Shown one piece after another: positions 28,925 through 39,479 of a DNA stretch of 64,000 bases. The number at the start of each line of letters is the position of its first letter. Position 1 is the first letter of the stretch. The position numbers and the translations under genes were made by a program. Source of the stretch: Cyanidioschyzon merolae (taxonomy: Eukaryota); the NCBI GenBank assembly GCA_000091205.1, contig AP006501.2; one strand, 5' to 3'. A model generated the notes under the pieces. The model did no database searches. It worked only from the letters and a program-made list of their open reading frames with translations, and was not told where the DNA came from.

Positions 28925-30487
28925 CTATCGCCCGCGCCCGAGTTCCTGCGGTGACACGCGAAGCGTGATCCAGGCGGGAAGCCCCCACTGCGGATCCGAG
29001 ACTGCCATCGCTTCCACAATTCGCTCATTTGCCTGAAGTGGATGACTCTCGGGCCAGGTCTGGAGCGTCGTCACGCTCGCGTAGCCCTCTCGGATGGCGA
29101 CCAGGTCGGAGTTCACGAAGCCGTACAGCGGCTCTGGGCGCCCTTCTGCGCCAATGATGACCATTTCGGCAGAGTCTGGTTTCTGTCCAGCACCACTTCG
29201 AAAGACATCACGATAAAAAATCGCTCCTAAATGCGTTGTACGCCATCGTCCCCAATGCCAACGGGCAGGGAAGTTCACATTCAGTACCAAGTCGCCATAA
29301 CAGAACGCACTCCACACCAGATCCAAAGCATCCTCTGATGCAGCATCTTCGTCTGCTGCGACGGATCTGTTTACCTCTGTGGCAGGAGCCAGTGCTTTGC
29401 CACAGACATCACAGTGCCGCCGAGGCGTGCACCGCACACTGCTTGCGGTACCGGATGCCGTAGAGGTCTGCAGGCCAGGTCTCGGTCCATGTTCCGAGCG
29501 CCCGTGCAGGTGCAAACTCCTACACGGATCGAGACGTCCAGCGTTGGGTGGCGTTAACGGTAATCGTTCCACGAGCAGGGATACCAGAAACGCAGCGCCT
29601 TGAACGCACGCCTCCTGCGAGTCGCGTTGCAACGGTTCGCCTGCGAGACTGAAGGCTACCGCTGGGAGACCATAGAATCCGGCTTGTCGTGCACCGGAGA
29701 ATGTGCCGCTATGCAAGATATCTTGAGCGAGATTCGCGCCCAAGTTCGGCCCAGAGACGACTACGCGTGCGCATTTACCGAGGCGGGCGAGCAGTCCGTT
29801 CGGCTCGATAGCCGTGATCACACAGTCAGCCGGCGAGCCTGCCAGCGAGTACACACCTGTCTTGAGATCCGCTCGGTGCACCAGCTCCATAGGCGTCGCA
29901 AGTGTCAGTCGGTGGCTGCACGCTGATTGGTTTGTTTTGGGTGCGATCACTACCACGTCGAGTGCGTACTGTTCCTCCAGCGCCGCGGCCAAGCGCAGCA
30001 GCAGCACGGACTCAACACCGTCATCGTTCGTTAAGAGAACACAGGGTTTCAATTCAGTTGTTGTCGTGGGGTGCTGCATTTTCCAAAGCGCACCCCGCTT
30101 TGTACACGGGCCGCCAGGCAGACACTTGAGAAGCACTCGGCTGGTACCTTGGTCGCGTTGCGTGCACCAGTGCCTAAGACGCTGGGCTCGAGTGCGGAAA
30201 CGCCAGGGAGTGGACCTATTTTTCCAAGTTGCTTGCAGCGCAACGTACATCAAGTCATCCAGCACTACAAGTCGTTTGAATACCACCTGGATAACCTGTT
30301 CTATGCACTCGAATAGACAGCAGCATACAGTCGCGACACCTCGACGAATTTGCGTGCTGGGGCGCTCTCTGTGGAGCTGGCGATAATGTTCCTTGAAATG
30401 AATGCCTCCGCATGGCGGTGCTTCAACGAGCGTTTTCCCGGAAAGGCGGCGGCGGCGGCACGGTTGCGGACTTCTGGGAATACTCAT
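28925..30487 (-). CDS. surE: SurE-family 5'/3'-nucleotidase with N- and C-terminal extensions
   Basis: SurE core 'VLLTNDDGVESVLLLRLAAAL...VVVIAPKTNQSACSHRLT'. There is an ATG at 30487. An alternative ATG at 30079 ('MQHPTTTTELKPCVLLTNDDG') would give a conventional N-terminus. Confidence 0.8.
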   Translation of the reverse strand: MSIPRSPQPCRRRRLSGKTLVEAPPCGGIHFKEHYRQLHRERPSTQIRRGVATVCCCLFECIEQVIQVVFKRLVVLDDLMYVALQATWKNRSTPWRFRTRAQRLRHWCTQRDQGTSRVLLKCLPGGPCTKRGALWKMQHPTTTTELKPCVLLTNDDGVESVLLLRLAAALEEQYALDVVVIAPKTNQSACSHRLTLATPMELVHRADLKTGVYSLAGSPADCVITAIEPNGLLARLGKCARVVVSGPNLGANLAQDILHSGTFSGARQAGFYGLPAVAFSLAGEPLQRDSQEACVQGAAFLVSLLVERLPLTPPNAGRLDPCRSLHLHGRSEHGPRPGLQTSTASGTASSVRCTPRRHCDVCGKALAPATEVNRSVAADEDAASEDALDLVWSAFCYGDLVLNVNFPARWHWGRWRTTHLGAIFYRDVFRSGAGQKPDSAEMVIIGAEGRPEPLYGFVNSDLVAIREGYASVTTLQTWPESHPLQANERIVEAMAVSDPQWGLPAWITLRVSPQELGRGR

Positions 30488-30514
30488 GTGCGGTTGACAT
30501 GGACTATCGAACGT

Positions 30515-31845
30515 CTCGCTCTGTTCCTGCTTTTCGGGGGCTTCCGAAGTTGTTTTAGATGCACATCATCGATTGAGGACCTGCAGCAAAGAGTGCTGAC
30601 AGGTTCATACGTAGTTCAAAGACGCTCAGCGGGTCTTTTCGGAGTGGCTGTTTCGATGCGGTGCAGCTGGGCGGATTCGCTCCGTCTCGGGGATCGAGAT
30701 GATTCGCGACGCTCGCGAACCAGGAATCGTGAAATCACGGATAGCATGATCCAGTTCGTACGGCCAAGGCTCTACGTTTCACTTTTCCTCAGGTCTAGCA
30801 CGCTTCGAGATTAAGATCTTGATGTTTCATGGCAAAGATTTGGCGCAGGTTTTCGCGCTGCTGGATGCATAAGGAGAAATGCTCGACATCTTCCATGGAT
30901 GACTTGTTCGCGAGTGCGTACCAAAAGTTGGCTGTATTTGTCGCATTCAATCATGGATTATTTTCGAAATATGAACCCTCAGTTTGTGGCCGTTGGCGAA
31001 ACGGATTCCACGGTAGCACGATATCTCTCACAGGATCTGCCACCAGACGCTCCCATCTATCGTGCTTTTCATAGCTAGGTATCTTGGACTGGGGTTTGAG
31101 GTATCGCATCGACCTCATTCAATGGAGAATGCGTCGTCGCTTTGCACGAAGGAGGCCTGAACGGATCGAAACTTTTCGACTTGTTCTCCAGGCGGGATTT
31201 TCATTCCGATGCTTGTTTCATGACGGACGACATCGCTTGCCGCAGATTCTCCTATCGAATGGAAGAGCGTGCGCCTGCTTGTGCATCTGCCAGAGCAGTC
31301 GTCAATGGGATCGCCCAGGTAATGCCAGTGCTCGTCTGGTGCGGTACTGGGCGCGGAAACGAATTAGGGTATCGGCAGGAGCGCTCTGTAACCGTCCAGG
31401 GCATCTGGTGAGCTATGGAGTGCGCCTCGACGCAATACGGGGCGGTCCACAGGGTAGCAGGTGTGATGTACGGATCGAAACGCCTGACAACCGCCATGCA
31501 TGACCGTTGGGAAAGGAGCACTCGGGCCATAAACAGAGAGAATGACAATGACGAGCGAGGCGTAGACTGCAACCACCGCCTGTGCATGACGTGCGTAGAC
31601 GACAACCCGAAGCAGTGCCATCGAGACCCAAACGCTGACATTCACATTACAAGGGTGCTGACAACGGAGCTGCCGGGAAACGAGACACCGGGCATAAATG
31701 GAACCGCAAGTCAGAGAGAGGAATACGAAGCAATCGCTTAAAGAAGCCCGTGAACACTGACGATAATCACCCTGAGAACAGACACAAACTTTACTGCCAA
31801 CGACCGCGTTGGACGACTTGCTTCCTTCTTGACTGATATTCATGC
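30515..31845 (+). pseudogene. TnpB/Fanzor-like nuclease relic R2 (near full length, multiple stops and frameshifts)
   Basis: The ordered motifs are 'ALLDA*GEMLD' (Asp codon 30864-30866), 'AMECASTQYG' (from 31415) and 'CNHRLCMTCVDDNPKQCHRDPNADIHITRVL' (HRD... at 31619-31654). It is collinear with R8 at offsets of 17,836-17,889. Confidence 0.5.
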
Positions 31846-31860
31846 ACCATCCAAATGATC

Positions 31861-32952
31861 CTACACCCGAAGGAGGAAATCGTGTTGGCAATATCTGAAA
31901 TCCCTGTTTTGCTGGAACGATTCGAAACCTGTAGGAAATCGGGCCGCGAACACTGCCTGTCCGCACTTGTTTTTCTTTTTTCGTATGACGCAGCGTCGCG
32001 CATCTTGTCGCGGGTCACCGAATACGCGATCGCGATCAGCATCAAAACGAGCATCTATGATACTGCACCGGATTTTCAAATAACACGGCTCACATTGCAG
32101 TCTTCGCTTGGGCATAATGGTTCCCTGGAACGACCATCCGCGTGCCGAGCGTACCATGGGTGCCCAGAGCGGCGCTTAGAATGCTGGTTCGTATGCTGCA
32201 CCAAGACGAAACGACTTTGGCGTACTCTTGAGGTCCTCGGCTCGAGGGCGAACCCCCGGGTACCTCGTCGTCAGGCAACGGAGCCATGACCACTCGATTT
32301 GCGACGCGGTCGTAGCTGCTCTGACACGCTGACGCATCGAACGGAGCGTATGGTAGCGATCCCAGTGCCAATGGAACCGAAGCTGCTCGAGTGCCGCGCG
32401 ACTACGCGAGCTTTCATGGTGGACCACGGGCTGCTGGTGCGCGCTGTTGTTTTCGGGCCCGAAGAGAATTCATTGATTGGTGCATTGCGTTCCTTTTTAA
32501 CAACGAGTCCGTTCCTCTATATTTCCAGCGAGAATTGGCGCTGCGAGATGGTTTCTTTTGAACAGCTCTCTTGAATCAGGCCGAGCTCGGTTGGCCCAAT
32601 CGCTCCCCGGAAAATGAAGGACGCTTCGATGCGGCCCCCGGTTCTGGTGCTGCGGTGAAATCGTCTGCGGCTGCAGAACCGGCCGTAGACACCATTGTGA
32701 AGCCCAGTAACCAGCGCTGGCGTCGTTCAAAACTCAATGGACATAAAGATACAGGGTCGTGTCACCGGTCTGATGGTAGTGCTTTCCAAAATGCGTCGCG
32801 AGGTCGAGACTCACCTGTAGCAACTCCTTGGCATCACGAGAAGCATGGATCTCGCGGAGCGTCTGGCCTCGGGTGACGGCTGTAACGGACGCACATCCAT
32901 CGCAACTGGTGCAGATGGATCCAGCGGACGCGTATCCTTGGCCTGAGGCCAT
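31861..32952 (-). pseudogene. TnpB/Fanzor-like nuclease relic R3, tail-to-tail with R2
   Basis: The minus-sense fragments appear in this order. 'SICTSCDGCASVTAV' (Asp codon at 32899-32901) comes first. 'VSLDLATHFG' follows about 32 aa later. Then come 'TIMPKRRLQCEPC' and 'KCGQAVF...FQQNRDFRYCQHDF' (31876-31908). The fragments lie in three different frames. Confidence 0.35.
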
Positions 32953-33062
32953 CGGCGCGCGCCTCGCACTGTTGCCGAGTCATCCTCGGCATCGGTATGC
33001 ATGTCCACTGACGTCCGGGTCTTGAGGGCGAACCTGTGCGGCAGTACGCGCAGCACAACCGC

Positions 33063-33584
33063 TCAAGTAGCCGGCTGAAGCCGGATACAGTGATCCAGAC
33101 TCCCGTCGCAACCGCTGTAGTAGTAGCGTATCGCTTGTCTGCCCGTTGCATACGCACACGATACGCGTCCGTCAAAACAGAAGAAATACTCGCTTCCCGA
33201 GCGCAGCACCGACACCGTCAAGTTGTACTGCCGCGTATCGGGTAAATCAATAGCTTCTTCCAGCCCCAGTACGAGCAAGTTGCATCCCCCGGAGGCTGTG
33301 TATGAACAGTTCCGAAACTCCGCCGAGCTAGAGCTTTCCGCTGCACACGCGAGCTCCGTCTTCGTGCAGTGCAGGTCCCAGGTGTCAAAGTTCAGGTGCG
33401 AGTCGGGTAAGGCAAACGTCGTGACGTTCGCGTCCGACAGACGCAAAAGCGTCAAGTCCTGTTCCGTCAGGGAATCAAAAAAAGGCAACACTGGGCGCGC
33501 TCCTTCAATATGAGTACATAAAAAGCTCAGAAAAAACACCAAGTAAACCGTAATTATCGCAAAGCGTCCAATATGCCTATGCAT
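33063..33584 (-). CDS. Hypothetical Cys-rich protein with a predicted N-terminal signal or anchor
   Basis: ATG ORF of 173 aa. It has a hydrophobic N-terminus ('FAIITVYLVFFLSFLC') and eight Cys residues. No family was recognised, and it could instead belong to decayed sequence upstream of R3. Confidence 0.3.
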   Translation of the reverse strand: MHRHIGRFAIITVYLVFFLSFLCTHIEGARPVLPFFDSLTEQDLTLLRLSDANVTTFALPDSHLNFDTWDLHCTKTELACAAESSSSAEFRNCSYTASGGCNLLVLGLEEAIDLPDTRQYNLTVSVLRSGSEYFFCFDGRVSCAYATGRQAIRYYYSGCDGSLDHCIRLQPAT

Positions 33585-34419
33585 GATACGCTATACGTGC
33601 ACAAGTCAAATGAATTCGATCGTCAAGACCAATATCGTGTACGCAATGGATCCGAAACAATGCACCACGAAAGGCGCTCTCGATACATGGCACGCTCAGG
33701 CGCCCAATTTGGTACCACGCGATCCGAGCACGCGCGGAGGCGTCCCCCACGGATCGGCGTCCTGCATTTGTCGAGACGCCACGAAACGAATGGGCGCACT
33801 CGTTGCAGGACAATTTTGTGATCGTGGACACGGGCGAGGCGTGCGTCGCGGATCGCCTGGGACCCTCAGTCGAATGCGTGCGTGTGGTGTGTGGGTTCAG
33901 GTTGTGATCGTCGACACGGGCGATTTTTGGAGCGAGAATTTATACGCACCAGGGATCCCTGATTGCGCGATAGAACGTCAGCGATCGGGAACGCGTCCGT
34001 CGATCCGCCAGCCCCCGAGTTCCAGTGTCCCTAGTAGACCGCGCGGGGTTTCTGATCATTTCGTTGATTCCTCTGTGCGCCGAGTCTGCGATGAGTGCCC
34101 GTGATGGCAGGTGTAGCGTCGGTGCGGACGCTGCACGGAGATGCAGTCGTTTTTTGCCATGCCCGTTAGGGCATCGTCTTGAGGTGTCGTGCACTCGAAA
34201 AGGGAGTCGGGTCTCTCTCCTTCGAACTGTTATCGAAGCGTGTGCGTGTGCAGACCTGATTTCGCGGGACAAGACGTGGGAGACAACTCGTTCGTTCACG
34301 TAAATGCATGGCGGAAACGAGTTACGCCTCTGCAGTCGTGTGTGGAATGAGTTGACGGCACGTGATGCGGGCCCATACGGCGCATTCGACCTGTGTGAAG
34401 CTACACGGTTCGCTGGACT

Positions 34420-35830
34420 TGCGTTCTGATGCGTTTCGCTGGACTCCGCACCTAAAAGGCAGAATATGAGTTTGGTGGCCACCAGCGAGCGTTGCGACTC
34501 GGTTGGAGACCCGCGAGCGGCCAGGGCTACACCAGGCGTGAGCGGTCACCCGTCATCCTCGAAAGGAACATCCAGAAGCTGCAGTCCCTCGAAGAAGCAG
34601 CTGCCTTCCCTATGTTAACACAGGCACTGTAAGCGTGCCAGCGTTTCAGTGTTCCTGTCCCTACAGTAGGACCAGTGTGATTTCCCGTGTGCATGCAGCG
34701 TTCCGATACGGCATGAAGGCGGTGCTAGCCAGAACGCACCGACGCGCATGCTGGCGAGCCAGTGGCTAGCTCGAGCATGCTCCGGGGATTCCAGCACCTC
34801 CCACAAGCACTTGCGGGTCCATGCTAGGCCCTAGTCCCGGTACAGAGTCCAACTAGCGCTGAAGACTCGAATTTTTTTCTTCTTTGGTGTTCCCACTGTT
34901 TTTCTTGGACCATACATTGGAGTCGTCGTGAGCCTTCCCTGTTCATGAGAGAACGATTGGAGGCTATCCTCGGCGAGGAGCCGCTTCGTTCAAACCTGCA
35001 TCGATCTTGCCCAGGTACTCTTGTAATGCTTTGGAGCAGATATAGTGATTCGGTCGAAGCAGATGCGCGTGCTGGGGTGGTATAGTCCAAATGCACACTC
35101 GGCACTTGGTCGCCATCGCATCTATCTAAGGTCCATTTAGTTCACGTCCAAGCGCTAGGGAACCGGGCGTTGGGCTCTGTACCGAGCATCCTGCCATGAT
35201 TCGTATCGTCCTGCTGGCAGCGGTCTGTATACACGAAGCGATTGCGGGGTTCAGGGCGGACCACGAGGCGCCCCAGGTCGCTGCCTGTACGTTACACGTC
35301 CCGAATGCCGTGGTACAGCTGCATGCGGACACCGCGAGGTCCGGCAGGATGTACGATACACGTCCTGAATACCCTGGTACAGCTGAATACGGACATCGCG
35401 GGGTCAGACAGCAGCATGCGCGCGAGCGCTATGCACCTCTTCATCTTGATGATCATCTCGCCCAGATGCTCGATAGCAACCGGCGTCGATACTAGGCAAA
35501 CTCTCCGGTTACAGGCGGCTTTCGGAATTTCCTTCCCATAGGCAAGCGCCACGAGCGGTCGCGGAAACGCTGTGAATGGCCGTGAGTGACCATGACCCGG
35601 AACTTGGATGCATCGATATCCATCTCTCGACGATCTGCCTAGGCACTGACTTGTTGCATTCTTTCAGCGAATGCTTCCGGGCACGGCGCCAGCAATACGA
35701 CAGCATCAATGAGTACGAGCCTCGCGATGCAGTCTTCATAACGATGCCCCTCTTGATCCCTGTATTATGGATCTCCGAGGTCCATCCACTGAAGCTCCGT
35801 TCCGCATTGCCAGCACCGATCTCGATGACT
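34420..35830 (-). pseudogene. TnpB/Fanzor-like nuclease relic R4
   Basis: The minus-sense motifs are 'VIEIGAGNAE' (35800-35829), 'VAIEHL' (35463-35480, RuvC-II-like) and 'SHWSYCRDRNTETLARL' (CRD... at 34630-34665). It is collinear with R5 at offsets of about 5,064-5,073 from at least 34420 to 34960. Confidence 0.5.
35287..35405. repeat. Tandem duplication of a 64-bp unit (two copies)
   Basis: 'GTACG(T/A)TACACGTCC(C/T)GAAT(G/A)CC(G/C)TGGTACAGCTG(C/A)AT(G/A)CGGACA(C/T)CGCG(A/G)GGTC' occurs at 35287-35341 and 35351-35405, inside R4. Confidence 0.85.
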
Positions 35831-36023
35831 GGCCTTGAAGGTATTTTGAAAAAGCGCGGGGGTGCCGGACCGCCCTCAAACATTCCTCGACAAGCGCGCG
35901 CTCCCGATGCGCACGATCGCTCCAAAGCCGAAACGACGATGTGCGTACTCGCGTTTCTCCTTCGAAACCGGCTGGGACTTGCATGTGCGCTCCCAATCGC
36001 TTGAGCGGCATCATCCCCAGCAT

Positions 36024-37181
36024 ATGATAAGCGACAAACCCGCAGCAGTGGTAGACTTTGGTACAGGCTATGTGAAAGCTGGCTTCGCAGGCGACACGAA
36101 GCCTCGGGTTGTCCTCCCGAACTGTGTCGGACGTCCGTTCGCAAAGGCCGCAGCCGAGCCTTTTGTTGCCCGGAGCGGCGGCAGTGCGCTCGTCGTTGGA
36201 GACCAGGCGCTCAATAAGCGAGCGACAGGCCTCGCCCTCACATACCCGCTGCAGAATGGAATCGTCCAGGACTGGGAAGCCGCAGAAGCCGTATGGTCGC
36301 ATCTCTTCAGCGTGGAACTTGGGATAGACCCGCAACAGCACCCGGTGCTCTGTACCGAGGCTCCACTCAACCCGCGACGCAATCGAGAACAACTCGCAAC
36401 ACTTGTCTTTGAAGCGTTTGGTGTACCTGCTTTCTTCATGGTCGTTCAGGCGGTGCTCGCGCTTTACGCAACCGGTCGAACCACGGGTGCTGTGTTGGAC
36501 CTCGGCGACGGGGTCACCCATGTCGTTCCGGTTTACGACGGATACTGTCTACCACACGCGGTGCGGCGTTTGAACCTCGCCGGACGCGACCTAACAGACT
36601 TGGCAGCAAAGCTTCTCAATAGCGAGTGCGGTTTATCGACGCATAGTCGACCTTCTGTGGTGCGAGAGATCGCACGACAAGTCAAAGAGCAGCATTGTTA
36701 TGTTGCTCCCGATTGGGAAGCCGAGAACCACCGCTTTCAGCAGGATCCAGACGCATTTCTCCGTCGCTATCTCCTTCCTGATGGGCAAGAGTTAGCGTTC
36801 AAAGAGTTGAGGTTTACGGTTCCGGAGTGTTTGTTTCAGCCGGCGCTCATGGGTATGGATGCGCCTGGCATTCACGAGCTGCTCTTGGACGCCATCCAGA
36901 AATGCGACGTCGATCTGCGACGCAGCCTCTACGGCGGTATTGTGCTGAGTGGTGGTTCCAGCCTGTTTCCCGGCTTACCGGAGCGCCTCCACGCTGAGCT
37001 TGCAAAGCAGATTCCCGGCGCTGGGGTCCAAACCAAGATCGTAGCAGGGCCTGATCGCCGGTTTGCGGTGTTTCAGGGTGGTGCAGTGCTTGCCGGACTC
37101 GATACTTTCGAGCAGATGTGGATTACACGTGCCGAATACGATGAATTCGGGCCGCAGATTGTTCATCGAAAATGCCTGTAG
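36024..37181 (+). CDS. Actin-family protein (divergent actin or Arp1-like)
   Basis: The track start at 35862 is GTG. ATG 36024 gives 385 aa aligned end to end with actin. Matching blocks include 'VVDFGTGYVKAGFAGD', 'EAPLNPRRNRE', 'GRTTGAVLDLGDGVTHVVPVYDGY..PHA..RL.LAGRDLT' and 'LSGGSSLFPGL'. The C-terminus is 'EYDEFGPQIVHRKCL'. Confidence 0.85.
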   Translation: MISDKPAAVVDFGTGYVKAGFAGDTKPRVVLPNCVGRPFAKAAAEPFVARSGGSALVVGDQALNKRATGLALTYPLQNGIVQDWEAAEAVWSHLFSVELGIDPQQHPVLCTEAPLNPRRNREQLATLVFEAFGVPAFFMVVQAVLALYATGRTTGAVLDLGDGVTHVVPVYDGYCLPHAVRRLNLAGRDLTDLAAKLLNSECGLSTHSRPSVVREIARQVKEQHCYVAPDWEAENHRFQQDPDAFLRRYLLPDGQELAFKELRFTVPECLFQPALMGMDAPGIHELLLDAIQKCDVDLRRSLYGGIVLSGGSSLFPGLPERLHAELAKQIPGAGVQTKIVAGPDRRFAVFQGGAVLAGLDTFEQMWITRAEYDEFGPQIVHRKCL

Positions 37182-37799
37182 AAGAGCCTGTCTTGAAGTT
37201 TCCGCTATTGCTTCATACCGGGAGCGGGCATCTTTGAACAAGCGTTTCGATACCAGTCAACATGCGGAGACCTCGATGAAGCGCACCGCACGCTGAACGG
37301 TGCTTCTGACGACGAATCCTCGCTTCGACGTGGAGCGCTGCTGCAGGCTGCTGCATGTCGACAAGTGGTGCAATCTATCGGACGTTGTGTGCAGAGGCGC
37401 GTCACGAGCCCAGTGCGCAACTGCACGCGCCTAGCAAGATGCGCATTCGCGTGCTCGAAAGCTTTCCTCCCAGAAGCGTTTCATCCAGGATCTTGTCAGG
37501 CAACTGGAACATCAGAAGCGCAGCGTCGGATTCGTCATCGAGAGTTCGGCACAGAAATCAGGCTCCAGCAGCCGGGTACTTTGGGTGATTCGCCTACGTG
37601 AGTGCCTGTCAGCGTTCGTGCCTACCAGCTCATCTGCGTGTCTATCTAGCCTACGTGTCTAGCCTACGTGTCTGTCTTCATGCGTGCACGCATGCACGCT
37701 TATTATGGAATGCAACATCCATACCTGTGGTCCAAATTCTAGTCAGACTTGCGCAAACAATTGCCATGGACATGAATGTCAGATTCAAGCAGGTTCTCT

Positions 37800-39104
37800 C
37801 TAGATGAAGATATACAGCAAAAACTCAAGGTAGAATACGTTCCATATTCCCTTGTAGTACGTTCGCAACGCTTCGAGGTTCTCTGGTCCCAGGCGCATCA
37901 AGCGCCCATGAACCTGCGTTAAAAAGTACCAGCTCAATGCTAAATGTCCGAAACCGAAAACCCAGACGCGAAAGTGAAACCGAGCCTCCGGCATTAAGGA
38001 TATAGCTGCAACGCCTACGAGCATGGAAGAGAGCGTTGCTGACGCCATACGCGCCACCTTGGCGACGCCCAGCCTACTCGCAAACGTCGGCACCTGATGC
38101 AGTCGGTCACCGTGCACGTCCGGTAGGTCTTTGGTGACCGCGATGACCCCCGCAAACACCGACATGATCATAATGAACAGACGCAGCGCTGGTGTCCAGG
38201 AAAGATTCAGACGGAGCGCCTCTTTGGTGGCGACGTAGACTCCGATGTTCAACAAAAGACCACGGACACAGGCAATGGTGAGCGCAGCCAACAACGGCAC
38301 GTTACGCCATCGAAAGGGAGGTACGCTGTACAGCGCGCCTATCGTCGTACCGACTAGATAAAGACCTAGAATCGTGCGAGAGAAATGGCGGTAAACGATC
38401 CACACGCCCAGCGCGATGGATGCGATACAGAGCATCCATGCTTGCTTGGTCGTCATCATCCCAGCCGCCAGCGGTAAAAAAGGTTTATTGACGCGGTCCA
38501 CGTCACGGTCATAGATTTGATTGATGCCAACAATAAACGCGTTGCCGAGCACGAGAGCAAAGATTCCCCAGAGAGCCTTGGGCACCAGCGTCCAGTCCAG
38601 ACTCACTAGGATACCCGTAAGCGTTCCGAGAAACTCGGACCCCAGCCTCCCTGCCGGAACGAGACTTCCAGCTGATGATTTCGACCGTGCCAACAGCTGT
38701 TCCCTAGAGTCTATAATAGCGCGAATGCAGCCGGTTAACGCAGCGAGAAAGGTCCCTCGCACGGTGTGCGGTCGAGTGAACGCGTACAACGCTGCGAACC
38801 GTCGTTCAAACGAAAGCCACAGCTGCGCAGATCCGTTTTTATCCCCTACTTGGTCAATGTGTCCCTCTCGTGCTACACTAAGACCGGCACTGGCACCGGT
38901 TCCGGCACTCGCGTTGCCAGACTCGGACGCGGGCGCACTTGCGTAGAGCCGACGCAGTACGTCTCCGCTCCGTTTTGGTGTAGTGCGACACGCGAACCTC
39001 ACTTGGTCGCCACAGAAACCTGCCCGTCGATGCAACTTAAGACCAACATGCTTCAGACCCGCTCGCTCGACCTGGAGGCAACGTCCGCTCACGGCAAGGA
39101 ACAT
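37800..39104 (-). CDS. UbiA-family homogentisate prenyltransferase (tocopherol/plastoquinone type)
   Basis: ATG ORF of 434 aa. It has 'NQIYDRDVDRVNKPFLPLAAG' and a second Asp-rich motif 'KDLPDVHGDR', both diagnostic of homogentisate phytyl/solanesyl transferases. It has about nine TM segments and an N-terminal transit-like region. Confidence 0.85.
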   Translation of the reverse strand: MFLAVSGRCLQVERAGLKHVGLKLHRRAGFCGDQVRFACRTTPKRSGDVLRRLYASAPASESGNASAGTGASAGLSVAREGHIDQVGDKNGSAQLWLSFERRFAALYAFTRPHTVRGTFLAALTGCIRAIIDSREQLLARSKSSAGSLVPAGRLGSEFLGTLTGILVSLDWTLVPKALWGIFALVLGNAFIVGINQIYDRDVDRVNKPFLPLAAGMMTTKQAWMLCIASIALGVWIVYRHFSRTILGLYLVGTTIGALYSVPPFRWRNVPLLAALTIACVRGLLLNIGVYVATKEALRLNLSWTPALRLFIMIMSVFAGVIAVTKDLPDVHGDRLHQVPTFASRLGVAKVARMASATLSSMLVGVAAISLMPEARFHFRVWVFGFGHLALSWYFLTQVHGRLMRLGPENLEALRTYYKGIWNVFYLEFLLYIFI

Positions 39105-39479
39105 GAGCTTGACAAGCTCGTGTTCCCAGCGTCCCAGGGTATGCTGGCTGCGGGATCACGGTGAGCGCAGCGCGCCGCGCAGCGTCGGTGCGGGCGCTGC
39201 ATGTAGACAGAACGGCTTTTCTAGACTGCAGAGGGCGTTGGCTCGAGGGGTGCTTCACCCGACGTAGAGTCGGAATTCATCATCATGATACGATCAGAAA
39301 GTCTGCGGATGCAGGCTTGTCTTCGCTGCACGGCACGCTGGAGAAACTTGGTTGTTAGGATGAATTCTGGGAGCCGCCTCTCTCCTTCGTGCTCCTGCAA
39401 GGAATGCGTTGTTGTTGGTTGGCAATGCGGGTTTGTGGTTGACACCCACCCACAGTGGGTAGGCGCAGAAAGCGCACTG

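Noticed and set aside
35736-36521. 261-aa minus-strand ORF
   Set aside because: It is antisense to the strongly supported actin-family CDS and has no recognisable family. Only its upstream-most part (35800-35829) is used, as the RuvC-I-like block of relic R4.
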